Assembly: GCA_020137815.1 (NCBI GenBank) | Contig: CM035351.1 | Location: forward strand, 3,286,001-3,350,000 | Direction: 5' to 3' | Length of the DNA: 64,000 bases | Source: Hormiphora californensis | Lineage: Eukaryota > Animalia > Ctenophora | Shown here: positions 48,429-64,000 of the stretch, piece after piece | Numbering within the stretch: the stretch's first letter is position 1 | Layout: each line of letters begins with the position of its first letter | Made by a program: the position numbers and the translations under genes | Notes under the pieces: model-generated | Told to the model about the DNA's origin: nothing | Seen by the model: the letters and a program-made list of their open reading frames with translations, nothing else | Databases searched by the model: none

Positions 48429-49340
48429 ACCCTCTCCCTCCCCTCTCTCTCACACCCTCATATCCCATCAATGTATTTTCCCTGTAGAGTGTCGTGCTGT
48501 TGAGCTGCAAAGAAACCTCGAGGATCTTGAGTGTAGTTTGAACGAAATTTCGTGTGAGTGGTCTCTCTCTCTTTGCTATGAGTGTTTAATTGTTAATGTT
48601 TTATCCTTGCTTAGAAATAAGTGTGATATATTTGTGATCTATCTGTTGAACTAAACGAGTTGTCTCGTCTCTCACCCTCCTTTCCTTTCCCTCTATCCTT
48701 TCCTTTCCGCTGCAGGTCAAAGCATGAGCTGGTTCCACGGTAAGATTTGCCGGGAGGAGGCGGAGAGACGGCTCAAGTTTCAGGGTGACTATCTGGTCCG
48801 GTCTCATGGCAATGGGCAGTTTGTTCTGAGCTGTCTAGATAACGGATGTGCGAGGCACCTACTCCTTGTCGATCCGCACGGACAGGTTAGGACGGAGGGC
48901 GCGGAGACTCGCGCGCAGTCTCAATCACGCGCCCTCACATGGTTTATGTTACGGTTACACTCAAAATTGAAAATGTTTCTGAGTTGATGGATAAATCATC
49001 CAAAACAAGTCGCGATCCACTCTCCAATGATGGATCGCTACTGCTTCTTTTTTTTCTCCAGAGAGTAACGATCAAGCAGGGCAAGTTCTTTTTCCCTAGT
49101 TGTTGCTCTTGTCATGAAGTACACATACACTTGCCTTGCTCGAAAATCGACCATCTCCCACATAAAGCTGTTTAATTGAACTAAATATCTTCCCCCTCCC
49201 AGATTCGTACAAAAGACCGGCATTTTCGGAGTATAACAGACCTAGTTAGTCACTACTCAACGAGCGGGGAATGCATCGTCAGTGAGGGATGTGCCCTTCG
49301 AATTATCCGGCCAGTTCCACACAACTCAACCTTCCATTGA
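42681..49340 (+). CDS. SHC: SHC-family adaptor (PTB - linker - SH2), multi-exon
   Basis: PTB exons YIGSIAVERSVRTMQYDFRTSLTKEAIVKVC, HSMSAISFASCG and YVGYIAKD..RACHVF..TIGEAF; linker YANI; SH2 WFHGKICREEAE..GDYLVR..RHLLLVDPHGQ|IRTKDRHF. One 1-nt frameshift near 43950. An in-frame upstream ATG at 42621 is an alternative start. Confidence 0.9.
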
Positions 49341-50250
49341 AATCAGAGATGCTGAAGTACTTAAGAGAGAAAGACTTTTAGTGAGATTGTGGATTTGACT
49401 CTGAGAAATATTGATGTGTGTGGGATATTCGTAAAAAGACTCCAATTTGAGGCAAGAGACATTAAGTGCTGGAAATTATGATTTAAAACAATAACTGATT
49501 GAGTCAGTGAATGATCCTTTTTTATTTCAATACGATGTAATTTTTTACTTTCTTTTGATAAACCTGCTATGAATGTGTTTTGAATGTGTGTTCTAGCCTC
49601 AACTTTCCGTTGGCAGATGACAGGCATCGCACTGACCTTTTGAGCGAAGCGAGGGGAGTTGTCAGTGACCACTGACCACTGGTCACTGCAACTAGACTGT
49701 CAGGCATTGCATCGCTGGTGCAGTGGTGCAGCTTCGCTACTGGCTATTTGCCGACAGCTGGCTAAATCACTGTGATAGGTTGCCGATAAATATTCATGCA
49801 ATATGTGACTGTTTACACAACCTGCACCATAATCCAATTCAGGGGAGACAATGCAAAACAACATAGAGCTGCTGCATTGGCCGGAAACAGCCCAAATTGC
49901 TATAGGCATAGCGTGAGAAGTGCGCGCCGTCATTACAAAATAACGGTTGTGTACTTTAACTACGCGCGGGAGATTTGGAGACAGCGCGGGGCCTCATCAA
50001 ACATTTTGAGCCGTGATAGGCACATGGTGGCTCACCCGAGAATTTTCTATCAGCCCTTATCCACCGAGAGAACAATTTTACCAAAATGGGGTCTGCTGAC
50101 GATGCGAAGAGTTATTTATGTACTCTCACTATTCTATACAGCTGCTCTTGCTCCCTTGACTGTTTGACTATGCGTGTGCAAATTTGCGTTTCCGTGCAAT
50201 ATACAAAGCTACGTCCATGTGACTAACTGCTGACAGGTTGCTCTCTCTCA

Positions 50251-50285
<35 letters not shown>

Positions 50286-50536
50286 GTGCAAAAGTTTACA
50301 CACACCTTACACACAACTAACATTATCTCCGACCCATTTTGGTGACGTTATTATTAAGGAAGGTTAGTCGCACACACACACACCCTCGTGAGAATCACTA
50401 TTATGGGTTGGCTGGCTGCAGAGATAGTCATGTTGCTGCACTAACAGTAGACAGTATGTAGGTAAACAAAAACAAACACGCACCATTTCGAAATACACAC
50501 AAGGGCAGGGCTAATAATAATTTACATCAACATATA

Positions 50537-55485
<4,949 letters not shown>

Positions 55486-56241
55486 CCTATAGTGTTTAGA
55501 TTAGTGGTTATCCAGTTGTTATAATTGGGGGATGGGATGGGGGATGGGTCTTAGGATAGGACATGGCATGGGTCTTGGGATGGGACTTGTGATGGGTCTT
55601 GGGATGGGTCTTGGGATGTGCCTAATGTGCCTAATAGACCATACACAAATCGGGGTCTGACTGCTAAAATATATTATTCACTGAATATTGTGGTTGATGA
55701 GTTGTATGTATAGGACTTCAGTCTGGCACTTACTAAAAGTCACTAAACACTCATCAGGTGAAGTTATAGCACTCACAACGTGTCATAAGGAAGCGAATAA
55801 GTTATATCGACATTATTTGATCTGCCTTGTAGTAGTCTAGATAAGAAGCTCGGTTATATCGAGCTATATCACAGTATTTATTGGCCGATGGTATAGGCAA
55901 AGAATGTCACTTCCCCGGTGATAGACGAGACCGAGACATCGCTTTATTTAATCATTCTAGCAGCAGAGTCACCGCGTTATGCCGCCCCGGGCCTTACTTT
56001 GACAGATTGAAGGATGAAGAGACTAAAAGTAGTATTTAGTTATAGAGCGCCATGGCTCTACAATATTGTAAAGCATGGTATTTCTTCTTCAGCTCAGTTT
56101 TATTTGACAGCAGACATGAGAATTGCTAAGCCCAATACTCATTCCTATCGATTTTATTTGTGTAGCATTATCATTCCATTAGTTAATTAGTTAATTGGCC
56201 CATTATTTAATTAGTTAATTACCCCATTAGTTAATTGGATA

Positions 56242-59200
56242 ATGGAGCGGCCCGCACTATCGAGTATAATGAACAACTCAGATGATGAGGAAGATACGAC
56301 GGGGGAGCAGACTAAAACAACAATCTTCATTAAGATTGCGGAGGGCAAGAACTTCCCTGTAACTGATACTCTGAGTAAGAGTAGTGATCCATACTGCGTT
56401 CTCAAGGTATGCAGTATATGTATCCAAGGTGTTACACCAGGTATACCTTGTTGAGTAACAAGGTATATCAAGATCAATATCTAGTTCTGTATGAACTATG
56501 AACTGTCAGGCATAGAGATTAGAGAAGAACAGTCAGTTATCATCGCACTGGAAGTGTCAGTATCTTATCTCTACTCACTATTCCAGGTTGACGGACAGAC
56601 TGTGTTGCGGACAATGACTCACTACCGGACCCTGTCCCCATTTTGGGGGGAGGAGTACACCCTGCACGTACAGAGGAACTTCTTCGCACTTTCCGTTTAT
56701 GTCTTCGACGAAGATCTCAGGTTTGAACCATGGATTCATAAAAGCTCGAGTTTTAGTTTCAACTCTAGTTTACACCATACACCATGTCAATTTGGACACT
56801 TCCTTATTTATTATTGAAGGGCTGTGTGGCTCACACCGTCTGTCAGAGTAGATCAATCATAATTCAGAAAACATGGTTATGATCCGGTTCCTGCAGGTAC
56901 GATGATGTAATAGGGAAGGTAACTTTGACAAAGAAGGAGCTGGTAAGAGATTACTCTGCCGGAGATGAGAGATGGTTTCCGTTAGAGAAGGTAATTTGAA
57001 TTATATTCAGTCGTGACCCAGATTTAAACTCGATCATTTGGGGTTTTCCGATTCCCTTATATGACTTCTTTTAGGTAACGAAAGACTCAGAGGTCAGCGG
57101 GGAGGTAAGATTGGAGTTCAACTTGAGTGAGACTAAGCTGGATATCAAGATAGCCGAGGCTCGTGATCTAGCTGCAAAGGACAAGACGGGGAGTTCTGAT
57201 CCATATGGGATCCTAACTCTGGGTTCGAATTCCTTTCAAACGGAAGTCCGTAAGCAGACACGGTTCCCAAAGTGGAATGCCGTGACGACGCTACCAGTGC
57301 CTGCCAATTCGGCTGACCAAGTGGTCACTCTCACCCTCTGGGATAGAGACATGGTCGGTAAAGACGAGTTCATGGGAGTCGTGTCATTTTCTCTCAAGAA
57401 ACTGGAGAAGAGGGTAAGAATAACTTCAGTTCGTCATTGATCGTCTGAAACTGAGTGTGTGGTATCTAGGATAATCTGTCAGGCCAATGCTCTGACCGCG
57501 GTTCTCTCCTTATTTGAAGGAAATGAGAATAGGGTCAGGCTCTGACAGATGATAATACTGCTGACTGATTATGATACCCCCTGTATAGTTCAAAGTACAT
57601 GACCTCCCACACCCAGGACGTCCCCCAACCCCATCTACCTACCCCTGTACAGGTGCAGTATAACCAGTGGTTTTGGATCTACCCCAGGGATGTTATTGGC
57701 CATCAAGCAGCAGGGAGTATTCGCCTCAAGATCCGTTATGTGACTGCTTCTATCCTACCATCACCCGTCTATGAGCCACTTATAAACCTCCTTATCGAAG
57801 AGGTATTATACTAGCCAGTTATGTATTTTAGTCAAGCACCTGTGTATAGTAGAGAGAGTGACTAAAGCCCCCTGACCTCCTAAAAATCACCCCTCAACGC
57901 GAGCGCACGGAGCGTAATAGGGGTGACTTCGTAACCAACTAAGTCCCTTTCTTGTGACCCAAAGATCCCAATTGTCATATAACCCCCCCCCCCCCCCCGA
58001 TCAGGTGGATGGATTCACGGCTGGTAAACTTTCAACTGGAATAACCCCTCTGGCCCTGTTAGAAGAGGCCATGGTGGATAGAATGGAAATGAGTTACATG
58101 TTGGTCAGAGTGTTCCTGGGCAAAGGGAAAATAGAGGGCCTTCTCACCATGCTGTGCACCCTCGAGGCAAAGAAATCTTCCGGAGAAACGGTCTTTAGAG
58201 GTAAGAAATCTTCCGGGGAAACGGTCTTTAGAGGTAAGAAATCTTCCGGAGAAACAGTGTTTAGAGGTAAGAAATCTTCCGGAGAAACAGTCTTTAGAGG
58301 TAAGAGGAACTCTTTGACAAAGCTCCTGAGATGTCGTGCATTCTTAAAAAACGGAGCCGTGCAGGGTGGCCGAAATACCGTTTCAGAAACTTGCGAAACT
58401 GAATATCGGATATCATCCCATATACAGCCCTCTCACTATGACACCACACCCCCTACAGATAACTCGCTAGCGGCAAAATGCCTGGAGCAGTATCTGAAGA
58501 TCACGGGTACTCTCTATCTCCAGAGTGTTCTGGGGAAAGTCATCAAGAAGATATACCGAGAAAACCGGTACTGTGAGATGGACCGAGCTAAAATATCCAA
58601 AACGTAAGCGAGATGCAATGATAATCACATATAATGTAGGCACGTGATAGTGCAGCAGGTGAATCATTATGAAGAATACTAGGACTGGTTAATTGCATAT
58701 TCAATGAAGAATTTTGTTTTCTCCTTCCGGCTGGTCAAGATGAAAAGATGCGGGTTTATTGGAGTTGGATGCAACTATAATAACTAAATCTTGTCCAGCC
58801 GGAAGAAGAAAACAACACGATCTGCAAGAATGATTATGAAACCTACTTATACTTGATACTTGGTTCGGTCTCCTCAATCATTCGAGTGGCCGGCTCCAAG
58901 TATCCTCGCTCGTAGCGACGTGAGCTGTCTCCATTCATTTCTGTTCTCTGCAGTGTTAGTAATAGCACGGAGAGACTGGGATTGACCCGTAGCGTCTCGA
59001 TAATCGTTCAGAACACAGGAAGTCCAGGTTTTACGCGGTTTTCCTCTGGAACGTCTCCCATGACTAGGCACCCAGTGATAGAGTTTGTTGGGCACCCTAC
59101 CCTCAGGCATTCTAATCAGGTGTCCAAACCAGCGGAGTCTCCCATTGCCAATGAACTTCGAGATTGGTTCTATCCCCGCCCTCTCCAGTACCTCCCTGTT

Positions 59201-62200
59201 AGATACTCTCCTAAACCACTGTATTCTCAGGATTCTACGCAGGCACCGTTGGTGGAATGCCTCCACCCGGCGATCTTGGACCTGAGTAGTTGTCCAGGCC
59301 TCACAACCATAGAGAAGCACCGTCAGAACAGCAGCCCTGTAAATCCTAATCTTGGTACAGGTCCTGATATTACGGTTGTACCAGATCCTACAGAGCATAC
59401 TGAATGCACTATATGCCTTCCCTATCCTGATACCCAGCTCCTTGTCGATGGTACCATCAGAGGACATAGCCGATCCGAGATAGGTAAAATTGGTAACCTG
59501 CTCAGCCGGATTGCCCTCCACAGATATGTTGACCGTATCCGCCTCCGAAAAAGGACGCTGGTTAAGACCCTTAGAAAATGCCATAACTTTAGTCTTTTTC
59601 GCATTGATCTTCAAACCAGCATACCCTGCGTATTTAGCCAATAAATCCGTTGACTCCTGGAGCCCTTCCTCTGTATCATCCATTACAGCCATGTCATCCG
59701 CGTAATCGAGGTCCAGAAGCCACTCCCCTCCATCCCCACTCTCAACACCCTGAAGAGTGAGCCCCCTGGAGACAGTCTTGTTACACTCAGCAAGCTGAGC
59801 TGCCCAATTTATAACGATGTTAAAGACTGGCGGCCCCTGGATGTCGCCCTGACCAGTACCACTAAGAACACTGAACCAATCGGAGAGTTCCCCACCATGT
59901 TTCACTGCACTCACTGTACCATCAAAAAACGCACGAATTATCCGGATATATTTCTCAGGAAGACCATAATGGCGAAATGATGCCCAGACAAATTCTCTGT
60001 TTATACAATCGAATGCTGATTTAAAGTCTATAAAGTTTATGTACAATGGTAAATTATATGCTATACACTGGTGTATGATAGTACGGAGTGAATAAATCTG
60101 ATCCACACAAGAACGGTTTCGCCTAAAACCGCACTGGTTTTCCCTGAGCGCCAGTTCCAGGCCTGATGCCAACCGATCCAGCATTACAATCTGAAACAAC
60201 TTAGAGGTTGTTGACCGCAGTGTAATACCCCTGTTGTTAGAACAAATACTGGGGTCACCCTTTTTAGGGATCACCGAAATAACCCCCTTCAACCCGCAGC
60301 CTCTTAGCCGGATCACGCTGGACCCGCCCAGGATGGACCACGCGGAGGTGGACTGTTCGGACTTGTCATGTGAGAGGTGGAAGTTACCAACAACGACACA
60401 CATCACACAACCATTCCCATCCCAAACCTAGGAGAGATAAATACAAAGGAGGGCCGAATATTTCACAACATCTGAGAGAGATCAAAAGGGATCAGTGTGC
60501 TAGGGCCACTAATTGTGGGCCACCCTGTATCATACAGTGTATGTGAATGATGATCACTGATATATCACTGATATATCACTGAATATGTGGGAATGTTGGT
60601 AATATCCATGATGGTCTTGCATCTGTAAAAACCACGTGCTTGTTACTCAACAACCACGTGCAGCTTCTTCCTGTACCGATTACATATTCATACCCATAGA
60701 TATCCTTTGCATAGGATGAAATTTGAAATTACTGCCGCCAGTAAAATCTCTAAAAATATTTAAAAAATGCCATTTCTTTTTTTGAAGGAGCACTACCTCC
60801 TATTCCCCGCAAGATAAAGGTCCTCCCAAACTATTATGTCCCTTGCTGCGCGCGACCGGATTTTAGACAGCCATAGCTCCACCCCCTGATGAGATAGAGA
60901 CTTGAAATTTGTTTTGTGAGGAGATCATGTCGAGTTCTTCCTACAAAACAAATTTCAAGTCTTTATCTCATCAGGGAGTGGAGTTATGACCGTGGGAAAT
61001 TTCACAAAACCCGAGTGAGGGACATAGTAGTTTGGGGAGTACTTTAGTAGATACTGAACACTAACTCCTCACCCTACATTTGCCTCCTGTCTGGTGTGCG
61101 CCTATAGACCCTTTATTTCGTGCAAGAACGGGTCTGGTGCACCCTGGACAGTTTTCATTCCTCCCACATACATGACATATCACAGGATTCTAAAACACTA
61201 ACCCCAATTAAACTTAACCACAGGATTCTGAACAAGGAGTACGTGGTGAGACAGAGTACTCGGCATATCAGGCGGTATATGGTGGATATTGTACAGAGCA
61301 TACAACAAAGCAAATCAGCATGCCCTTTCGGAATCAGGAAGATATGTTCCATGATATTCGAACTTGTCAAGAAAACCTTCCCCGAACAAGTGGTAGGTGT
61401 CTAACTAATCACTAATTAATCACTAATTAATGGCTAATTAATCAATAATTCAAAACTCAAGTGGTAGTTATTGCTATAATTAATTAGATGTCTACTGTCT
61501 AATTAATCACTAATTAATGGCTAATTAATCAATAATTCAAAACTCAAGTGGTAGATATTGCTATAATTAATTTAGATGTCTACTATCTAATTAATCACTA
61601 ATTCATGGTTAATTAATTCATAACTAACTCAAGTGGTAGGCGTTGCTTTAATTAATCACTAATACATAACTAACTCAAGTTTATTACTTTACACATACAT
61701 CTGGGTAGAATTTGGAATTAGGGAAAAATGATCTGGTCAACACACAACACTCACATAATTTGAGGAATATAAAATTCGACAGTGGAAAATCTTTCTCTTT
61801 ATCTATAGTATATCTCTCTCTCTCTCCCTCTCTCAATCACCTGTCTCTAGAGGCCTCTAACGTGTGCAGTAATTTGTCTTACACGAGTCACGAGCCAATA
61901 TTAGACCTTTCTCAATATGACTCAATCTCTAGCTCAATATCACACTCTCTAATATTCCCTTCCTTCCATCTTCCCTCTCTCGCACTTTCTCCACCTGTAT
62001 CCACCGTCAAATGATTCCTCACTGGCACCCCACTAACTGCTACCCAGCTGCCAACAATGGCCCAACTCCAACTAGCAGCTGACAATTACAGAAACTCTAA
62101 CAACATGGCTGATGGCATTCTCTCTAAGGTAGAGATGTTGGGTAGTGAAACAGATTATCTCATCACCCTAACTTGAATACTTCATCCACCAAATCATACA

Positions 62201-63660
62201 CTCCAAATCCTTTCAAAGGGAAGCCGCTGGATAAATGTTCGGGCGCCTAAAAAGCAGAACTAATAAGCTGTTACCTACTACCTCGGTAATCTTCAGCGGC
62301 AGATCAAATGTAGATTACCGCCGTGGGTGTTTTGATTGAGATTAGAGACGGTCACTGGTCAGTGTAGTTTGAAATAGACGGCCTGATTAACCAAACTTAC
62401 ATTAACCCTTTGGGGACGATAAGCCCCCTGTCGACAGAATTCTCTAAAACTTCCTGGAGACACTTACTTTGAACCTACTTGAACGCAGGAAAAGGAATTT
62501 CGGTTCTACCACCTGTATTTCTATTGGGTCACCTGTGACCCAATCGTCCCCTAACGCTAAAACAGGAATTGAGATTTCGCGGCTATTTTGCCCCATAACT
62601 CGAAAACAGCTCATTTTAGGCCCTATGTTTCTTCATAACACTTATATAAACCCGGCCATTCTGCACATTTTGCACACCCTATGGACCTCTCTATCTCATC
62701 TGTAGCCGATTTTAGAATTTCAAAATTGGCCGAGATGAAAATTTTTATGAAGGAGCACGGATCTCAAAAAATTTTTCATCGTCTCCTTATGATGTTGAGA
62801 TAACAATGATGGAGTCGGTTAGTCGCTAGCACCAGTTTTAAAAATGCCGTTTTAGACTGTAGACATTTAACGGCGGCCATTCCTTTAGAAATGCTCGTAA
62901 AATGCAAATTTCTGTTTTAGCGTTAGGGGACGATTGGGTCACAGGTGACCCAGCACTTTGAAGGCCTCTGAGGGGCACAAAATTTGTAATATCACCCTGA
63001 AACTTTACCCCGGGGTAAAATACACACTTTTCTTGCATTTTCCAAGTCCATTTTAAGTACACTCGTACCAATTTTGAGATATGGCCATTAAACTACCCAT
63101 TTTGTCTACTAAATGCACTGTTTTAGCCCTGTTTTCCGAAGTCGACAACTTCAGAGGCTAAAAACGACCTCAAAATGGTAGAAAAATGTATGTTTCAACC
63201 CTGGAAACAACTTAAAACTTTCAAACATGATCTATAAAGACGCTAAATGGGTTCAAAGTACTGGGTCACCTGTGACCCAATCGTCTCCAAAGGGTTAACT
63301 CTAATCTTGGCGACATCCCCAGCGATCACAAAGGTCTAGACCGGTCAGGGTGAAGACTAAAATCCCGATAAAACTAATACAAAATTGCCACTCACGAGTA
63401 CCTACCTACTTTAAACCCCGCTAGCAGCTGCAAATCCTCGGCCTAAGGAAGCCCCTGTGGTAAAACTGCAGGAAACTAATACAAATAAAGTACTCAACTA
63501 ACACATGTAATCTGACCTCCAGGATTTACCCTATGTGACAGTGAGCAGTTTTGTGTTCCTAAAGTTCTTCGTCCCTGGAATAATGAATCCCAAACTCAGC
63601 TATCTGAACAGCCACCACCCAAACATTAGGATATCACGGACTCTGATGCTGTGTGCCAAG
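56242..63660 (+). CDS. GAP1-family Ras GTPase-activating protein (C2-C2-RasGAP; RASA4/RASAL1-like), 3' end beyond the window
   Basis: C2A IKIAEGKNFP..SSDPYCVLK|VD..RTLSPFWGEEY..DDVIGKV; C2B EARDLAAKDKTGSSDPY..TRFPKWN..WDRDMVGKDEFMG. GAP domain TVFR|DNSLAAK, CEMD, CPFGIR and SSFVFLKFFVPGIMNPK..RTLMLCAK. The last visible exon is 63523-63660. Confidence 0.92.
58170..58305 (+). repeat. 30-bp tandem repeat x4 spanning a RasGAP splice donor
   Basis: AAGAAATCTTCCGGAGAAACGGTCTTTAGAG|GT repeated; translates as KKSSGETVFRG x4. Confidence 0.9.
58711..58815. mobile_element. Short MITE-like inverted repeat
   Basis: GTTTTCTCCTTCCGGCTGGTCAAGAT ... ATCTTGTCCAGCCGGAAGAAGAAAAC. Confidence 0.55.
58844..60390 (-). 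mobile_element. 5'-truncated RTE-clade non-LTR retrotransposon (RT domain intact) in a RasGAP intron
   Basis: IPKKGD..NNRGITL, ENQCGFR..SCVDQI, FIDFKSAFD, GTGQGD, YADD, FTYLGS, RLRWFGH and RSRGKPRKTW motifs. Short 3' UTR ending in a CAAGTAT-CAAGTAT-AAGTA tail. No endonuclease domain. Confidence 0.92.
60818..61045. mobile_element. Palindromic MITE
   Basis: TCCTCCCAAACTATTATGTCCCT ... AGGGACATAGTAGTTTGGGGAG, plus an internal inverted pair CTGATGAGATAGAGACTTGAAATTTGTTTTGT / ACAAAACAAATTTCAAGTCTTTATCTCATCAG. Confidence 0.7.
61387..61680 (+). repeat. Degenerate 70-90-bp AT-rich tandem repeat starting at a RasGAP donor site
   Basis: CAAGTG|GTAG recurs at about 61387, 61457, 61545 and 61630, with CTAATTAATCA spacers. 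Confidence 0.75.
62406..63294. mobile_element. Non-autonomous piggyBac-like element
   Basis: TTAA|CCCTTTGGGGACGAT ... ATCGTCTCCAAAGGG|TTAA, with an internal repeated palindrome GGGTCACCTGTGACCCAATCGTC at about 62526, 62925 (inverted) and 63263. Confidence 0.85.
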
Positions 63661-64000
63661 GTACGTGTGGAGAAAAGAACATGTGCTATAGACAGTGGGT
63701 AATGGCCGGCTATACATGTCATGGTATACAGTAGACAGTAGCTGCTATTGCCAAGTAGAATTTTAGAGAATATCTCAGGGATGATTATTAGAAGCTTGAT
63801 AGTGGAGTGATAGTTATACACAAAGTTGGCGAGGATTAAAGAAATGAAGCGAGCGAGGGGAGAGAGCTTGAGAGAGAGAGCTAGACCAGATAGGTAGATG
63901 TAGAGCAATAGAGAGCCAAACAAGGATTAGTGTACACATGATATAATAGTTATAATAACAGGAAGGAACGCCTAACTGCACTCCAATGTGGTCCAATGAA

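Noticed and set aside
58982-59644. 220-aa + strand ORF, and antisense ORFs over CCDC22/ECD/PELP1
   Set aside because: They are shadow frames opposite real coding sequence, with no recognisable motifs.
60880-60985. CTGATGA..GAAA as a hammerhead ribozyme (also TGACGAGTCC near 42250)
   Set aside because: Stem II and stem I cannot form properly, and the pairing is explained by the MITE palindrome. The 42250 site lacks GAAA.

Overview
Eukaryotic (animal) genomic DNA with compact GT-AG introns, many (GA)n/(CA)n microsatellites and non-autonomous transposons. Gene architecture resembles ctenophore genomes, but the taxon is an inference. Ten protein-coding genes were reconstructed by hand, plus one that runs off the right edge: CCDC22, NSUN5, ECD, PELP1, RPAP3, an SV2-like MFS transporter, a tetraspanin-like 4-TM protein (-), KIF23/MKLP1, SHC, a CREC-family EF-hand protein (-) and a GAP1-family C2-C2-RasGAP. 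The main finding is that the first coding exon of NSUN5 (3422-3560, missed by the ORF track) is separated from exon 2 (10187) by a 6.6-kb intron. That intron holds three complete, intronless, same-strand genes (ECD, PELP1, RPAP3), 230-270 bp apart, each with an AG acceptor just before its ATG. This looks like an operon nested in an intron, and all four genes act in RNP/ribosome biogenesis. Other findings: two head-to-tail Helitron arrays, a Merlin-like element whose partial duplication copied a coding exon, tandem repeats that multiply splice donors, a 5'-truncated RTE LINE with a probable 5' inversion, and several MITEs. Clustered single-base frameshifts in CCDC22, RPAP3 and SHC are probably assembly errors. 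Protein identities come from recalled family motifs, not database searches.
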